A stretch of 64,000 bases of DNA from contig OY970320.1 in NCBI GenBank assembly GCA_963716745.1, positions 2,112,001 to 2,176,000 on the forward strand, read 5' to 3'. Source of the stretch: an uncultured Gemmatimonadaceae bacterium (GTDB taxonomy: Bacteria > Gemmatimonadota > Gemmatimonadetes > Gemmatimonadales > Gemmatimonadaceae). Shown here in pieces: positions 63,144 through 64,000 of this stretch. The notes beneath the pieces were generated by a model, which was not told the DNA's origin, did no database searches, and saw only the letters and a list, made by a program, of their open reading frames with translations. Within the stretch, counting starts at the first letter, position 1. Each line of letters opens with the position of its first letter. A program made the position numbers and the translations under genes.

Positions 63144-63303
63144 AGGTAGTTCACGGAGCCGAAGGAGCGGCGCGGTGGCCGGCGCCGCCGCGCTCAGCGA
63201 GAAGCGAGAGACTCGCGCGCAGTTCGCGCGAGGCTCGAAGCGGTTCGAGCGAAAGCGGCGAAGCCGGCTGCCGCGCCGCGACGATCGCCCCGCGGAACTA
63301 CCT
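63144..63303. repeat. 160-bp imperfect palindrome between convergent genes
   Basis: AGGTAGTTC...GCGGCGCGGTGGCCGGC pairs with GCCGGCTGCCGCGCCGC...GAACTACCT. Confidence 0.65.
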
Positions 63304-63308
63304 ACTCA

Positions 63309-64000
63309 CTACTCCCGCCAACGCGCGCCCATGCGCGAGATGAACTCATTCGCGATCTCCGGCCCCCAACTCCCCGCCTTGTAGTTCGGGAAGTGGTCCG
63401 GATTCTTGTGCGCCCAGTACTCGATGATGGGATCCACCGCGCTCCACGCGGCCTCCACTTCGTCGCTGCGCGTGAACCGCGTCGCGTCGCCCAGCATCGC
63501 GTCGAGCAGCAGCGTCTCGTACGCGTCGTGACTCAATGACCCGAACGCCTCGTCGTAGCCGAAGTCCATGAGCACGCTCGCCGGCCGCATCCCCGGGCCC
63601 GGCGTCTTCACTTCGAAGCTGATCCCGATCTTCTCCTCGGGCTGAACGCTGATCGCGAGCACGTTCGGCGCGATCTCCTCGCCGTCGGCCAATGGGAACA
63701 TGAGATGCGGCGGCTGGCGGAACTGGATCGCGATCTCGGTCGTGCGCCGCGCCAGCCGTTTGCCCGACCGCAGGTAGAACGGCACGCCCTGCCAGCGCCA
63801 ATTGTCCACCATGAAGCGCACCGCGGCATACGTCGACGTCCCCGATGTCGGACTCACCCCCGGTTCTTGCCGGTACCCCTCGTACTGCCCGCGCACGACG
63901 TACTCGTGCATCTCGTCAGCGCTCGGACTGCGCAGCGCGCGCAGCACTTTCACTTTCTCGTCGCGCACGGCGTCGGCGCTGAACGTCACCGGCGGCTCCA
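63309..64000 (-). CDS. zwf: Glucose-6-phosphate 1-dehydrogenase, C-terminal part (truncated by window edge)
   Basis: VRDEKVKVL, RWQGVPFYLRSGKRL, AYETLLLDAMLGD, YKAGSWGP. Confidence 0.96.
   Translation of the reverse strand, partial: EPPVTFSADAVRDEKVKVLRALRSPSADEMHEYVVRGQYEGYRQEPGVSPTSGTSTYAAVRFMVDNWRWQGVPFYLRSGKRLARRTTEIAIQFRQPPHLMFPLADGEEIAPNVLAISVQPEEKIGISFEVKTPGPGMRPASVLMDFGYDEAFGSLSHDAYETLLLDAMLGDATRFTRSDEVEAAWSAVDPIIEYWAHKNPDHFPNYKAGSWGPEIANEFISRMGARWRE

Overview
High-GC bacterial chromosomal window. Gene content and protein style suggest Gemmatimonadota (inference). It holds about 55 mostly housekeeping or envelope genes, including metK, pntAB, sucA, ndh, rho, zwf, crcB, two ABC operons, type IV pilins and two Hanks-type kinases. 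Many genes, including rho and sucA, are split by single-base frameshifts that look like long-read consensus errors. Two riboswitches are visible: SAM-II before metK and c-di-GMP-I before a minor-pilin operon. Two unexplained systems stand out. (1) A cassette at 52611-55428 encodes a receiver protein, an AraC regulator, a 44-aa Cys-loop lipopeptide and a cytoplasmic TPR protein. The peptide and TPR promoters share one architecture (TGTCC boxes 21 bp apart, then CTTGCGCTC at +41), suggesting a peptide-signalling circuit. (2) At least 15 intergenic palindromic elements are built from 7-nt periodic arms, and most start at AAC(T)RC overlapping a stop codon. One carries a four-helix-bundle gene (21802-22362) and has a matching empty copy (62221-62325). 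Others are tandemly amplified or add an identical C-terminal peptide to unrelated proteins.
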